A stretch of DNA of 20,000 nucleotides from an uncultured virus (IMG/VR IMGVR_UViG_3300045953_000067) (IMGVR_UViG_3300045953_000067), one strand, 5' to 3'. Counted from the stretch's first letter, positions 1 through 7,371 are shown. Notes: a model not told the origin generated them from the sequence alone. A program made the numbers and translations.

Positions 1-963
1 GCCGTCCTCGACGTCGCGGCCGTAGGTCAGGCCGGCGGACTTCGCGGCTTCGCGGACGCTCGCCCGGATCGACGTGACCGGCTCGCCGCGGTAGGTCACG
101 ACCCACGGACCCCGCTGTTCGTCTCGAGCGGCTTTCAGGATCGTCCGGAGCGCCGGCACGATCGGGATCACGAGCGGCGCTCCGTGACGATCCTGTTCCT
201 TATGGTCGGCGACCGTGATGAACCGGAGGCCGGCGTCGAGGTCGCGGTCCCATCGAAGGGCGAGGACGTTCGCGAGGCGCAACTTCGGGGCGAGACTCGC
301 GATCGACATCGCAAGCTGCGCGTGGAGCGGGGCCTCCCGGAGCCAGCGACGGAGCTCGGCGGGCGTGACCGTGACGGTGCGGCCCTTCGTGCGCGGCCGC
401 TCGAGGTCGGCGAAGGGGTTCGTCTGGACGCCGGTCTGTTTCACGTACTGCGGGAGCTTCGCGACCCGATACATGCGAGACAAGACGGACAGATAGTGCT
501 TTTTCGTCTGGTTCCCGATCGGGCGGTTTCCGACGCGGGTCCGCCGGGCGTCCATCCAGGCTTCGAACTTCAGGATCCAGGACGGATCCCGGATCGGGTC
601 GGCGAGTGTCAGGTCGTGGTACGGCTCGCCCTCGACGGGCGGGTTCTCGGCGTTCGGTGGGGGCTTCTCGCCCCAGAACCGGAGGACGACGCGGAGCAAC
701 TCCTCGACGCGGTCGATCCGGCGGACGCGGCCCTTCTGTTTCAGGTGTCGGAGGTAGATCGTCGACCAATCCGTGAAGCTCGGCGCGTGCTCCGGGAGGA
801 CGTCGAGCCCGCCGGCGAGCCGGGAGATCCGGCGTTGCTCGGTCGCCTCCCACTCCTTCGCGTCGACCTCGGTCCGCTGTCCCGTGTTCCCTTGGTACCG
901 CTGGCCGAGGTGATAGAACCGGTAGCGGTAGGTCGCACGGTCGCCGGAGCGCCAGACGGTCAT
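1..963 (-). CDS. int: Tyrosine recombinase/phage integrase, 3' end beyond the window
   Basis: Missing from the ORF track because it is open at the edge. Manual translation from ATG 963 (ATGA overlap with the upstream stop) gives MTVWRSGDRATYRYRFYHLGQRYQGNTG... (arm-binding-like N-terminus), ...NQTKKHYLSVLSRMY...TNPFADLERP (core-binding), APKLRLANVLALRW (box I Arg), ...ADHK...PLVIPI. 321 codons with no stop; HxxR and the catalytic Tyr would lie outside the window. Confidence 0.9.
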   Translation of the reverse strand, partial: MTVWRSGDRATYRYRFYHLGQRYQGNTGQRTEVDAKEWEATEQRRISRLAGGLDVLPEHAPSFTDWSTIYLRHLKQKGRVRRIDRVEELLRVVLRFWGEKPPPNAENPPVEGEPYHDLTLADPIRDPSWILKFEAWMDARRTRVGNRPIGNQTKKHYLSVLSRMYRVAKLPQYVKQTGVQTNPFADLERPRTKGRTVTVTPAELRRWLREAPLHAQLAMSIASLAPKLRLANVLALRWDRDLDAGLRFITVADHKEQDRHGAPLVIPIVPALRTILKAARDEQRGPWVVTYRGEPVTSIRASVREAAKSAGLTYGRDVEDG

Positions 964-1193
964 CCGCGGCCGAAACTCGCGAGGGCGGCCATCAGGAAAA
1001 ACGCGATCGCGCCGATCGCGAGTAGGGCGGGGATCGACGCCAGTGTCCACTTGAAGATGAAACTGACCATCGACCCGAAGGGCATGTCGAGGTCGACGAC
1101 GACGACCCGCTGAGCGCCGGCCGTCCTGAGCGCGGCGCTCTGGTCGGCGAGGAGATCGCGGCCGCTCTTTTGCACGGTGTCTATTCCTGTCAT
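960..1193 (-). CDS. Small membrane protein (77 aa)
   Basis: Hydrophobic C-terminal half (VSFIFKWTLASIPALLAIGAIAFFLMAALA); ATGA overlaps at both ends; GGAGGAGG RBS upstream. Confidence 0.8.
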   Translation of the reverse strand: MTGIDTVQKSGRDLLADQSAALRTAGAQRVVVVDLDMPFGSMVSFIFKWTLASIPALLAIGAIAFFLMAALASFGRG

Positions 1194-1420
1194 CCGTCGC
1201 CTCCTCCTGGTGGTGACGCGAGCCGCCTCCGGATCGCGCCGTCGATCATGACTTCGAACACGCGCGCCGCGCGCGGGTCCAAGCGTTCAAGCTGCGCGGC
1301 CTTCGCCGCCAGCACGGAAGGCGCCGAGAGTTCCGCGCGTAGCATCTCGAACTTGCCGGCTGGGAGCTCGGCGAGTCTCCTGCTCGCCTTCGGGTTGGAG
1401 TACACGAGCCGCAGTGTCAT
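1190..1420 (-). CDS. Hypothetical protein (76 aa), paralog of the nested ORF 1804-2100
   Basis: GGAGG RBS upstream; ATGA coupling to the next gene; shares LRLVxSxP and LxxKxxx[LI]xxLxPxxxRxxExxxD with 1804-2100. Confidence 0.75.
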   Translation of the reverse strand: MTLRLVYSNPKASRRLAELPAGKFEMLRAELSAPSVLAAKAAQLERLDPRAARVFEVMIDGAIRRRLASPPGGGDG

Positions 1421-1524
1421 TCATCGGTGCCTCCGCGCCGCGCCTACGATCGCGCAGCAGAAGAGCATCGGCGAACGGACTGACGGACTAGGTCAACAAC
1501 AACCCATAGCGTGAGACGCTGCGG

Positions 1525-1544
1525 TGCTACCGCAACCGGTAGCA
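1525..1544. repeat. Perfect 8-bp inverted repeat TGCTACCG-CAAC-CGGTAGCA
   Basis: Read directly; lies in the gap between 1557-1880 and 1190-1420. Confidence 0.6.
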
Positions 1545-1556
1545 TGGTCGCGCGTG

Positions 1557-1880
1557 TCATCGTTTCCGACGGCGACGCTTGACGGCGGCGCCCATCATGT
1601 CGCCGACGTCGAGCGACCAGTCGCAGACCCATTTCTTGTCGGGCTCCTCCGGTTGCGCGGCGACGATCCCGACGAGGGCGCATCCGGCGTAATACTCATC
1701 GAGGCCTATGTCCAGCGTCGCCGGCACCGACGGCGCGCGGGGGTTGATGAACAGCGTGCGGAGCGCGGCGAGCCGACGCGCGCGCTCCCACCCGGACATG
1801 GGCTTACGTTCGGCGGCGCCACGGGCCGCCACGCGGCGTCGAGCGGTACCAGGCGTGCGGGCCTTTCTCGGCGGCTTCAT
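1557..1880 (-). CDS. Hypothetical phage protein (107 aa)
   Basis: ATGA-coupled to the repressor stop; LDEYYAGCALVGIVA...GDMM resembles the common small phage 'RDYFAaxAlxGllA...ADAM' motif. Confidence 0.7.
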   Translation of the reverse strand: MKPPRKARTPGTARRRVAARGAAERKPMSGWERARRLAALRTLFINPRAPSVPATLDIGLDEYYAGCALVGIVAAQPEEPDKKWVCDWSLDVGDMMGAAVKRRRRKR

Positions 1881-2100
1881 CGCGGCCCCGCCTTCCGCTT
1901 GGGATGCCCAGGCTGCTGTCCGCGATCCTTTCGATGGCTCGCATCCTCTCCGGAATCAGGAGTGCGATCTCTTGGAGCTTGTCGCCCAAAGACCTGGTCG
2001 GCCTCGTCGGCGAAGTGGTCGAGGGCGTCCTTGACGGTGTTGGCAAATCCTCTGAGGTCGTGGCTAAAGGCTGCGAGTGTACGAGCCGGAGTCTCTGCAC
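1804..2100 (-). CDS. Out-of-frame gene (98 aa) nested in the repressor 3' end
   Basis: GTG start with GGGAGGGG RBS 6 nt upstream; gapless motif match to 1190-1420. Confidence 0.65.
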   Translation of the reverse strand: MQRLRLVHSQPLATTSEDLPTPSRTPSTTSPTRPTRSLGDKLQEIALLIPERMRAIERIADSSLGIPSGRRGRDEAAEKGPHAWYRSTPRGGPWRRRT

Positions 2101-2428
2101 CGTTGGCCCCTCCCGTGGTTCGGTCCTGTAGATAAGTCGGAGGGGTATCTTTTACCTCATCTGTGGCGTTTTTGCTGGAAATTTTGCCACGCCACAACCT
2201 GTCGTAGTCGGCGTCCTCACCGGCCACAAGTTCTTCGATCCGGCATGGGATGCCCTTGGCAAACATTAGGAGCGTGTCCAGGCGCACGGTCCTGTTCCGT
2301 CCGTGCTCCCAGTCGCTCAGTTGCTGCGCTGAAATATTCAGGTGTCTGGCGAAATCCGCTGGCTTGGTGTGGCCGGCGGCGATCCGCAGCCGTTCGATGT
2401 TCTTCCCGATCTGCTCTCCTGGGCGCAT
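1877..2428 (-). CDS. CI-like Xre/HTH_3 repressor (183 aa), no S24 peptidase domain
   Basis: IGKNIERLRIAAG...ADFARHLNISAQQLSDWEHGRNRTVRLDTLLMFAKGIPCRIEEL is a typical Xre HTH; divergent from cro. Start moved from the ORF track (2947) to ATG 2428, just downstream of a promoter. Confidence 0.88.
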   Translation of the reverse strand: MRPGEQIGKNIERLRIAAGHTKPADFARHLNISAQQLSDWEHGRNRTVRLDTLLMFAKGIPCRIEELVAGEDADYDRLWRGKISSKNATDEVKDTPPTYLQDRTTGGANGAETPARTLAAFSHDLRGFANTVKDALDHFADEADQVFGRQAPRDRTPDSGEDASHRKDRGQQPGHPKRKAGPR

Positions 2429-2438
2429 TCGAGCCGTC

Positions 2439-2467
2439 ACTATATCGGACCGAATAGCTACGCGCAA
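2439..2467 (-). promoter_or_regulatory. Leftward (repressor) promoter TTGCGC-N17-TATAGT
   Basis: -35 at 2467-2462 and -10 at 2444-2439; ATG follows 10 nt after the -10, implying a near-leaderless mRNA. Confidence 0.65.
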
Positions 2468-2576
2468 ACGCGTAAGGTCTTGATGCATCGCGACTTCGGT
2501 CGCAACCGAAGTACCCGCTGAAACTTTCGGCTTGACACGTATACGGTTACAGCCGTAGTATTCGCGTTGTTCCGTA
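2459..2576. promoter_or_regulatory. Five 16-bp operator-like sites, consensus TWCG-N8-CGWA
   Basis: 2459-2474 TACGCGCAAACGCGTA; 2495-2510 TTCGGTCGCAACCGAA; 2526-2541 TTCGGCTTGACACGTA; 2542-2557 TACGGTTACAGCCGTA; 2561-2576 TTCGCGTTGTTCCGTA. Confidence 0.75.
2532..2561 (+). promoter_or_regulatory. Rightward (lytic) promoter TTGACA-N18-TAGTAT
   Basis: Perfect -35 at 2532-2537 and -10 at 2556-2561, upstream of the cro ATG at 2576. Confidence 0.7.
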
Positions 2577-2830
2577 TGACGGCCAAGCAGATCAAAGCCC
2601 TCCGCAGCATCCCTGTTGGCGAGACCGGCAATCGCCTCGCTGACGCGTTCCAGATCAGCGGTCTTCCACAGATGGCCTGCGTCAGGAGGACCAGGTTCAC
2701 GGCGCAGTACGTCAGCGACGTAAAGAACGGGCGCTTCCGGGACATCTCTGTCGAGAACGCGCGGGAGTTCGCGTCGTTCTTCGGCTGTCAGATTGAGGAC
2801 TTGTTCCCGGCGCGTGAGGCGGTCGCCTGA
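2576..2830 (+). CDS. Cro-like Xre HTH regulator (84 aa)
   Basis: NRLADAF...TAQYVSDVKNGRFRDISVENAREFASFFGCQIEDLF HTH pattern; divergent from the repressor. Confidence 0.85.
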   Translation: MTAKQIKALRSIPVGETGNRLADAFQISGLPQMACVRRTRFTAQYVSDVKNGRFRDISVENAREFASFFGCQIEDLFPAREAVA

Positions 2831-2888
2831 TGTCGTGTTCATCATGGCGTCGAGTGTCGCCGGTATTCGGGATGGAAGGAAGTCCACG

Positions 2889-3245
2889 ATGAGGACTGCG
2901 CTCCTGTTCATGTGCGCGTTCGTGATCGTCCAGGTGGATCCCGACATCGTGTGGCGCGGCGCGCAACGGTGGCGCGCGGCGATCTATCGGGCGCTCTGGT
3001 CGATCGAAAAGCTCGCCATTCACTGCGGCGTCGACAAGTCGCAGCTCCGACGAGAGATCGACGAGGGCAGGCTCCCGATGAAGCGGATCGAGCAATTCCC
3101 TCCAGACGTTCGCGGCTGGCATTCGGTGCTGACGCTCGAAGAAGTCGGCGTGCCGGACGTGCTCCTTCGTGCGGAACCCGTGATCAAGATGGCGAAGATG
3201 ACGCTCGCTCCGATCAACCCGGAAGAGAAGAAGAGGCTCGCATGA
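2889..3245 (+). CDS. CII-position putative regulator (118 aa)
   Basis: GGAAGGA RBS before ATG 2889; SIEKLAIHCGVDKSQLRREI is HTH-like; follows cro. Confidence 0.6.
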   Translation: MRTALLFMCAFVIVQVDPDIVWRGAQRWRAAIYRALWSIEKLAIHCGVDKSQLRREIDEGRLPMKRIEQFPPDVRGWHSVLTLEEVGVPDVLLRAEPVIKMAKMTLAPINPEEKKRLA

Positions 3246-3520
3246 TGACGCTCGCCGTACAGGTAATGCTCCCGCGGTGGATGCCGGATCACGTGTTGAC
3301 GATCCTCGCGTTCGCGGCGGTCCTGGTGGTGCTTCAGTTCACGGCGTCGCAGTCTGCTGAGGCGAGGCGCGTCGTGCGTCGCGTCGCCGTCGCCGTGACG
3401 CTGTCCGTGCTCGCGGCGCTCGGCGTGACGTACGCCGCCGATCTCCCGATCGGGAACGTCTGCAAGGACATCGAGCCCGGGACGTTCCTTTGGTACTTCA
3501 TGGGCTGCTTCCTCGGGTAG
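3242..3520 (+). CDS. Membrane protein with two hydrophobic segments and a C-terminal Cys pair (92 aa)
   Basis: ATGA overlap; two hydrophobic stretches; C-x14-C tail. Confidence 0.7.
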   Translation: MMTLAVQVMLPRWMPDHVLTILAFAAVLVVLQFTASQSAEARRVVRRVAVAVTLSVLAALGVTYAADLPIGNVCKDIEPGTFLWYFMGCFLG

Positions 3521-3525
3521 ATCCG

Positions 3526-3810
3526 ATGTCAGCCCTCACGGAGAAGGTTCCGCTCCCTGAACTCGCCCGTCGCTGGGGCTGGTCGCAGGACGCGCTCCGC
3601 TGGCTCGTGCGGCGGAAGGCGATCCCGTTCCTCAAGATCGGCGGTCGGATCTACTTCGAGGTCGAGGCGCTCGAGCCGTGGCTCGCGGCGAGACGTGGCG
3701 GGGATCCCGTGGCGCTCGCGGCGCAGTCGAAAGCGGCGGCGCGTGCGGCCTCGCGGCGGGCGCTCGGTCTGCCGGCGAACCATTACTTCGGGATGAAGGA
3801 GACCGCATGA
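3526..3810 (+). CDS. Excisionase-family (HTH_17/MerR-like) DNA-binding protein
   Basis: LPELARRWGWSQDALRWLVRRKAIPFLKIGGRIYFEVEALEPWL matches the HTH_17 pattern. Confidence 0.8.
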   Translation: MSALTEKVPLPELARRWGWSQDALRWLVRRKAIPFLKIGGRIYFEVEALEPWLAARRGGDPVALAAQSKAAARAASRRALGLPANHYFGMKETA

Positions 3811-3881
3811 TGCGCCGTCTCGTTCCGTGGGTTTTTGTCCTGCTCTCGGCGCTGTTCCTGGCGGGGGTGTTCACGTCATGA
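3807..3881 (+). CDS. 24-aa single-TM peptide
   Basis: AAGGAG RBS; ATGA overlaps at both ends; MMRRLVPWVFVLLSALFLAGVFTS. Confidence 0.6.
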   Translation: MMRRLVPWVFVLLSALFLAGVFTS

Positions 3882-4048
3882 GGGACAACTTCGACGCCGA
3901 CGACTTCCTGACGCCTGAACCTGAACGGGCGGCGTGCCGCGCGCTGTATGTCGCGCTGTCGCTCGGGATCGTCGCGCTGGCGCTCGTGATCCTCTGGGCG
4001 CAGGGGATCCCGGCGGACGTCGAGGTCGCGCGGGCGGTCATCCGGTGA
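3878..4048 (+). CDS. Small single-TM protein (56 aa)
   Basis: ATGA coupling; ALYVALSLGIVALALVILWA. Confidence 0.65.
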   Translation: MRDNFDADDFLTPEPERAACRALYVALSLGIVALALVILWAQGIPADVEVARAVIR

Positions 4049-4176
4049 TGCGCGAACTGATCGACGTGCTGCTCGTGCTCGGCGCGCTCGTGGCCGTCGT
4101 CATTCTCGGGTGGGCCGTGATCGTCTGGGCGGCCTGGTGTCTCGCGAAAGCGTTCACGCGGAGGGATGAGGAATGA
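4048..4176 (+). CDS. Small membrane protein (42 aa)
   Basis: TGATG coupling; long hydrophobic run. Confidence 0.6.
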   Translation: MRELIDVLLVLGALVAVVILGWAVIVWAAWCLAKAFTRRDEE

Positions 4177-4367
4177 GCATCAAGGATCGTGGGTTTGCGT
4201 CGATGGCCCCTGAGAAGGTGCGCCGGATCTCGTCAATGGGCGGGAAGGCGGCGCACGTCAAGGGCACCGCGCACGAGTGGACGAGCGCGGAGGCGCGGGA
4301 GATCGGGCGTAAGGGCGGGCTGGCGTCGGCCCGCGCGAAGGCGCGGAAGCTGGCGAAGGCGTCGTGA
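4173..4367 (+). CDS. KGG-repeat (YciG/Con-10-like) stress-induced protein
   Basis: RGFASMAPEKVRRISSMGGKAAH...HEWTSAEAREIGRKGG. Confidence 0.85.
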   Translation: MSIKDRGFASMAPEKVRRISSMGGKAAHVKGTAHEWTSAEAREIGRKGGLASARAKARKLAKAS

Positions 4368-4477
4368 CGCGCTGGTGTCGGTTCTTGATCCGGATCGGCT
4401 GGCTCCCGGAGCGGCTCCCGATGGATCTCGACTGGCGTCGGCAGGCCTGGGGCCTCGAAGAGAAGAAGGGCGCGTGA
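4364..4477 (+). CDS. Hypothetical 37-aa protein
   Basis: Manual ORF MTRWCRFLIRIGWLPERLPMDLDWRRQAWGLEEKKGA; GTGA overlaps at both ends. Confidence 0.55.
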   Translation: MTRWCRFLIRIGWLPERLPMDLDWRRQAWGLEEKKGA

Positions 4478-4746
4478 ATACCTGTCGAGACAAGCGCTGC
4501 GAGGGCTTCCGTCGACAGTGGAACCTCCTGTTCTTACTTCGTCAGCGGGCGTGGACGCTCCGAGAGTTGTCGCAGGCGTTGAACGTCAGCGGGCGCACCG
4601 TGCGGCGGGATCTGTCGGTGTTCGACGCCTTGCAGTTCCCGCTGATGAAGTCGGATCCGGACTGGAAGGAAGTCCGCTGGTGGCTCGGGGCGATGGCGGA
4701 GTGGCCGCGACGGGAAGACGCGCCGGTTCGAGAACTGAGGGCGTGA
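4474..4746 (+). CDS. Stand-alone HTH_11 (DeoR/WYL-N-type) winged-helix protein (90 aa)
   Basis: RQWNLLFLLRQRAWTLRELSQALNVSGRTVRRDLSVF; GTG start coupled to the previous stop. Confidence 0.75.
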   Translation: MNTCRDKRCEGFRRQWNLLFLLRQRAWTLRELSQALNVSGRTVRRDLSVFDALQFPLMKSDPDWKEVRWWLGAMAEWPRREDAPVRELRA

Positions 4747-4758
4747 ATGCGGAGCGGG

Positions 4759-4911
4759 ATGAAGCAGATCGTCGGGATGCTCTGCGTCGGCGGTCGCTGG
4801 CGTGCGGTGCTCTCGTGCGGGCATGAAGAGGACGCGCGGCACGACACGAAGCTCGGGGGCTATCGGTTCTGTCCGATCTGTCGGTTGGTGAGTTGGAAAA
4901 ACGGCGCGTAA
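4759..4911 (+). CDS. Small Zn-binding protein (50 aa, DUF3565-like pattern)
   Basis: Manual ORF MKQIVG...WRAVLSCGH...FCPICR; GGAG RBS. Confidence 0.55.
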   Translation: MKQIVGMLCVGGRWRAVLSCGHEEDARHDTKLGGYRFCPICRLVSWKNGA

Positions 4912-4965
4912 CAAACGAAAGGCCCTGGTAGCAGCCAAGGCCTCTAACGAAGGGAGCGATGAGCG

Positions 4966-5448
4966 ATGAGTCCAATACCCGTCACCAGCCCTATGAGTCA
5001 ACCTCCGACCGCTCGCTGCGCCTGTGGCGTCTCGCGGGCGATGCACTTCGCGCTCGGCGGCGTCCGCCTGTCCTGCGAGGATGCACAGTCCGCCGTCCTC
5101 GAGCGGACCGCACGCGACCGTGAGCAGGTCGAGGGGATCGCGAACGTGCTCGGCGCGATCGTCTCGACCCGGCACGAGTTCCCCTTCTCAGACCTCCGCG
5201 ATCTCGCGGCGCAGGGGGCCGCAGGGTTCGAGGAGGCCGCGGTCTACCGCGGGGTCGCACGGCGGGCGATTGCCTCCTGTCTGCCGACCCGGTGCGCGGA
5301 TGCCCGGCTCGAGGCGCGTCGGGCCGCGGTCGGGAAGGCGCTCGACGCCTTCGGCGTCCGGATGATGACGACGAACGAGCGGATCTTCTTCGAGACCCTC
5401 GCCGATGCCGCGGTCATGGCCTACGGCCGATCCCTGGAGGCCCTGTGA
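4966..5448 (+). CDS. Hypothetical protein (160 aa)
   Basis: AAGGGAG upstream; GTGA coupling downstream; phage-like codon usage. Confidence 0.65.
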   Translation: MSPIPVTSPMSQPPTARCACGVSRAMHFALGGVRLSCEDAQSAVLERTARDREQVEGIANVLGAIVSTRHEFPFSDLRDLAAQGAAGFEEAAVYRGVARRAIASCLPTRCADARLEARRAAVGKALDAFGVRMMTTNERIFFETLADAAVMAYGRSLEAL

Positions 5449-5762
5449 TCGACAAGTGCTACTCCTGCGCGCATCGTCGGGATTTTCCCGGCTCCTGTCA
5501 CTCGTCCTGTCAGCATCCGGCGACGGCGCGCGCTCACCTGACAGGCGAAGCCGAGACGGCGCGGTTGCTCGGTAAGCGCAGTGGCTACACCAGCCTCCCG
5601 CTTGATCGTCAAGCGGCCGATCTCCGTGTCACTGGCGCCCCGATCGGCGTCCGTAATGGCTGGTTCCTCTGGCCGGTCAACTTCGATCCCGTCTGGCTCG
5701 AATCCTGCGATGGGTTCACGCCGGTCGGTGCGGCGCTCGCGGCAGAGAGCGAGGCGCGGTAA
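5445..5762 (+). CDS. Cys-rich hypothetical phage protein (105 aa)
   Basis: GGAGG RBS, GTG start; CYSCAHRR...CQHP...GWFLWPVNFDPVWLESCDGF. Confidence 0.7.
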   Translation: MIDKCYSCAHRRDFPGSCHSSCQHPATARAHLTGEAETARLLGKRSGYTSLPLDRQAADLRVTGAPIGVRNGWFLWPVNFDPVWLESCDGFTPVGAALAAESEAR

Positions 5763-6949
5763 TGGGACTCCTCCAGAAAGCACGCGTCGAACAGTCGGCG
5801 GCGAAGGTCGGGATCTTCGGCCGTCAGGGCTCAGGCAAAACGACGACGAGCGCGCTCATCGCGATCGGGCTGTCGAAGACCTTCCACAAGAACGCGCCGG
5901 TCGCGTTCATGGACACGGAGAACGGCTCCGACTACCTGGTTCCGATCTTCGAGGCCGAGGGCGTCGAGCTCGTCGTCGTGAAGTCGCGGGCGTTCTCAGA
6001 CATGAAGGCGGCGCTCCGGGAAGCCGAGAAGGCCGGCTGCTGCGCCTACCTGGTCGACTCCTACTCGCATCCCTGGCAGGAATTGACCGGCACGTTCAAG
6101 GAGAAGTCGAAGCGGAAGAAGCTCGAGTTCCACCACATGGACGCGCTCAAAACTATGTGGCGGGTCTGGACCGATCAGATGCTCAACTCGTCCCTGCACG
6201 TCATCCTCGCCGGCCGGCTCGGCTTCGAGTGGGGCGAGGAGGAGACCGACGAAGGTCGGAACCTCGTGAAGCTCGGGACGAAGATGAAGTCGGAATCGGA
6301 GGCCGGGTACGAGCCGTCGCTGCTGATCGAGATGGAAGGCCTCCAGTCGACCGACGCGCGGGAGAAAGCCTCCCGCACGAAGAAGGGCTCGATCGTCCAT
6401 CACGCCTACGTCCTGAAGGACCGCTGGCGGACCCTGAACGGGCGCGTGTTCCCGTTCAAGGACATGAACGAATACAAGCCAGGCGCCTACCAGGCGGTCT
6501 TCAAGGCCTTCCTGCCGCACTGGTCGAAGTTGGTCATTGGCGGGCAGCAGCGGGCCGTCGACGGCGCCCGGACGAGCGGGCACGAGTTCAGCGAAGCCGG
6601 CGAGAACACGGGTCAGCAGATCGCGACCCGGAAGACGATCGCCTCGGAGGAGATCGCCGGCGTCCTGGCGCATCTCTGGGGCGGTCAGACAAAAGACGAG
6701 AAAGCCATCCGTCAGGGGCTCCTCCATCATCTCTTCGGCACGTTCTCATGGACGGCCGTCGAGACCTCGCCGGTTGACAAACTGGAATCCGCCGTCACGC
6801 TCCTCCGCGAGTTCAAGAGTCAAGCAGAGGGGCGCCTGCCCGGGACGGCGGTCGATGCGGTGCGGTTGCTGGTGCAGCTCGAGCGGGAACTCTTCGGGAC
6901 GGCGGAACCGGTCGCCGAGCCCGAGCCGGAAGAGGCTCCGGTGCTCTGA
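5762..6949 (+). CDS. AAA/P-loop ATPase, Sak4-like recombination protein (AAA_24)
   Basis: Walker A GRQGSGKTT, DTENGS, Walker B LVDSYSH; position in the recombination module. Confidence 0.8.
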   Translation: MGLLQKARVEQSAAKVGIFGRQGSGKTTTSALIAIGLSKTFHKNAPVAFMDTENGSDYLVPIFEAEGVELVVVKSRAFSDMKAALREAEKAGCCAYLVDSYSHPWQELTGTFKEKSKRKKLEFHHMDALKTMWRVWTDQMLNSSLHVILAGRLGFEWGEEETDEGRNLVKLGTKMKSESEAGYEPSLLIEMEGLQSTDAREKASRTKKGSIVHHAYVLKDRWRTLNGRVFPFKDMNEYKPGAYQAVFKAFLPHWSKLVIGGQQRAVDGARTSGHEFSEAGENTGQQIATRKTIASEEIAGVLAHLWGGQTKDEKAIRQGLLHHLFGTFSWTAVETSPVDKLESAVTLLREFKSQAEGRLPGTAVDAVRLLVQLERELFGTAEPVAEPEPEEAPVL

Positions 6950-7371
6950 TGATCCGCGCCTCTGTCTCGACGGCGATCCGGGTGAAGAGCGGCCGTATCG
7001 AGTACGCCGATCTGCCGGCCTTCATCCGATCGCTCCGGCGGATGCCGGACTTCGACGGGACGCTGACGGTCGAGCAGACTCCCAAGCAGCGGACGACCCC
7101 GCAGAACGCTTACCTGCACGCCGTCTGCTTCCCGATCGTCGCGGAGTTCTGCGGGCAGAGCGTCGAGGAGACGAAGCGCGATCTGATGGGCGAGTGCTGG
7201 GGCTGGACGCCGTCCGCCATCAGCGGCCGGGAGATCCCGGTGCGGCCGCACACCTCGGAGATGTCGGTCGAGGAGTGCATCTACTTCATCGACTGGCTGA
7301 TCCCCTGGGCGAAGACGAAGCTCGAGATCGACATCCCGCTCCCGAACGAGGACGTCCGGAGGACCGCATGA
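6949..7371 (+). CDS. NinB/Orf-like recombination accessory protein
   Basis: RTTPQNAYLHA...TSEMSVEECIYFIDWL motif pattern. Confidence 0.7.
   Translation: MIRASVSTAIRVKSGRIEYADLPAFIRSLRRMPDFDGTLTVEQTPKQRTTPQNAYLHAVCFPIVAEFCGQSVEETKRDLMGECWGWTPSAISGREIPVRPHTSEMSVEECIYFIDWLIPWAKTKLEIDIPLPNEDVRRTA

Noticed and set aside
184..1113. 309-aa + strand ORF
   Set aside because: Antisense shadow of the integrase and the membrane gene; no motifs, and expected in GC-rich DNA.
2429..2947. N-terminal extension of the repressor to 356 aa
   Set aside because: It would run through the operators and antisense across cro; a promoter sits directly before ATG 2428.
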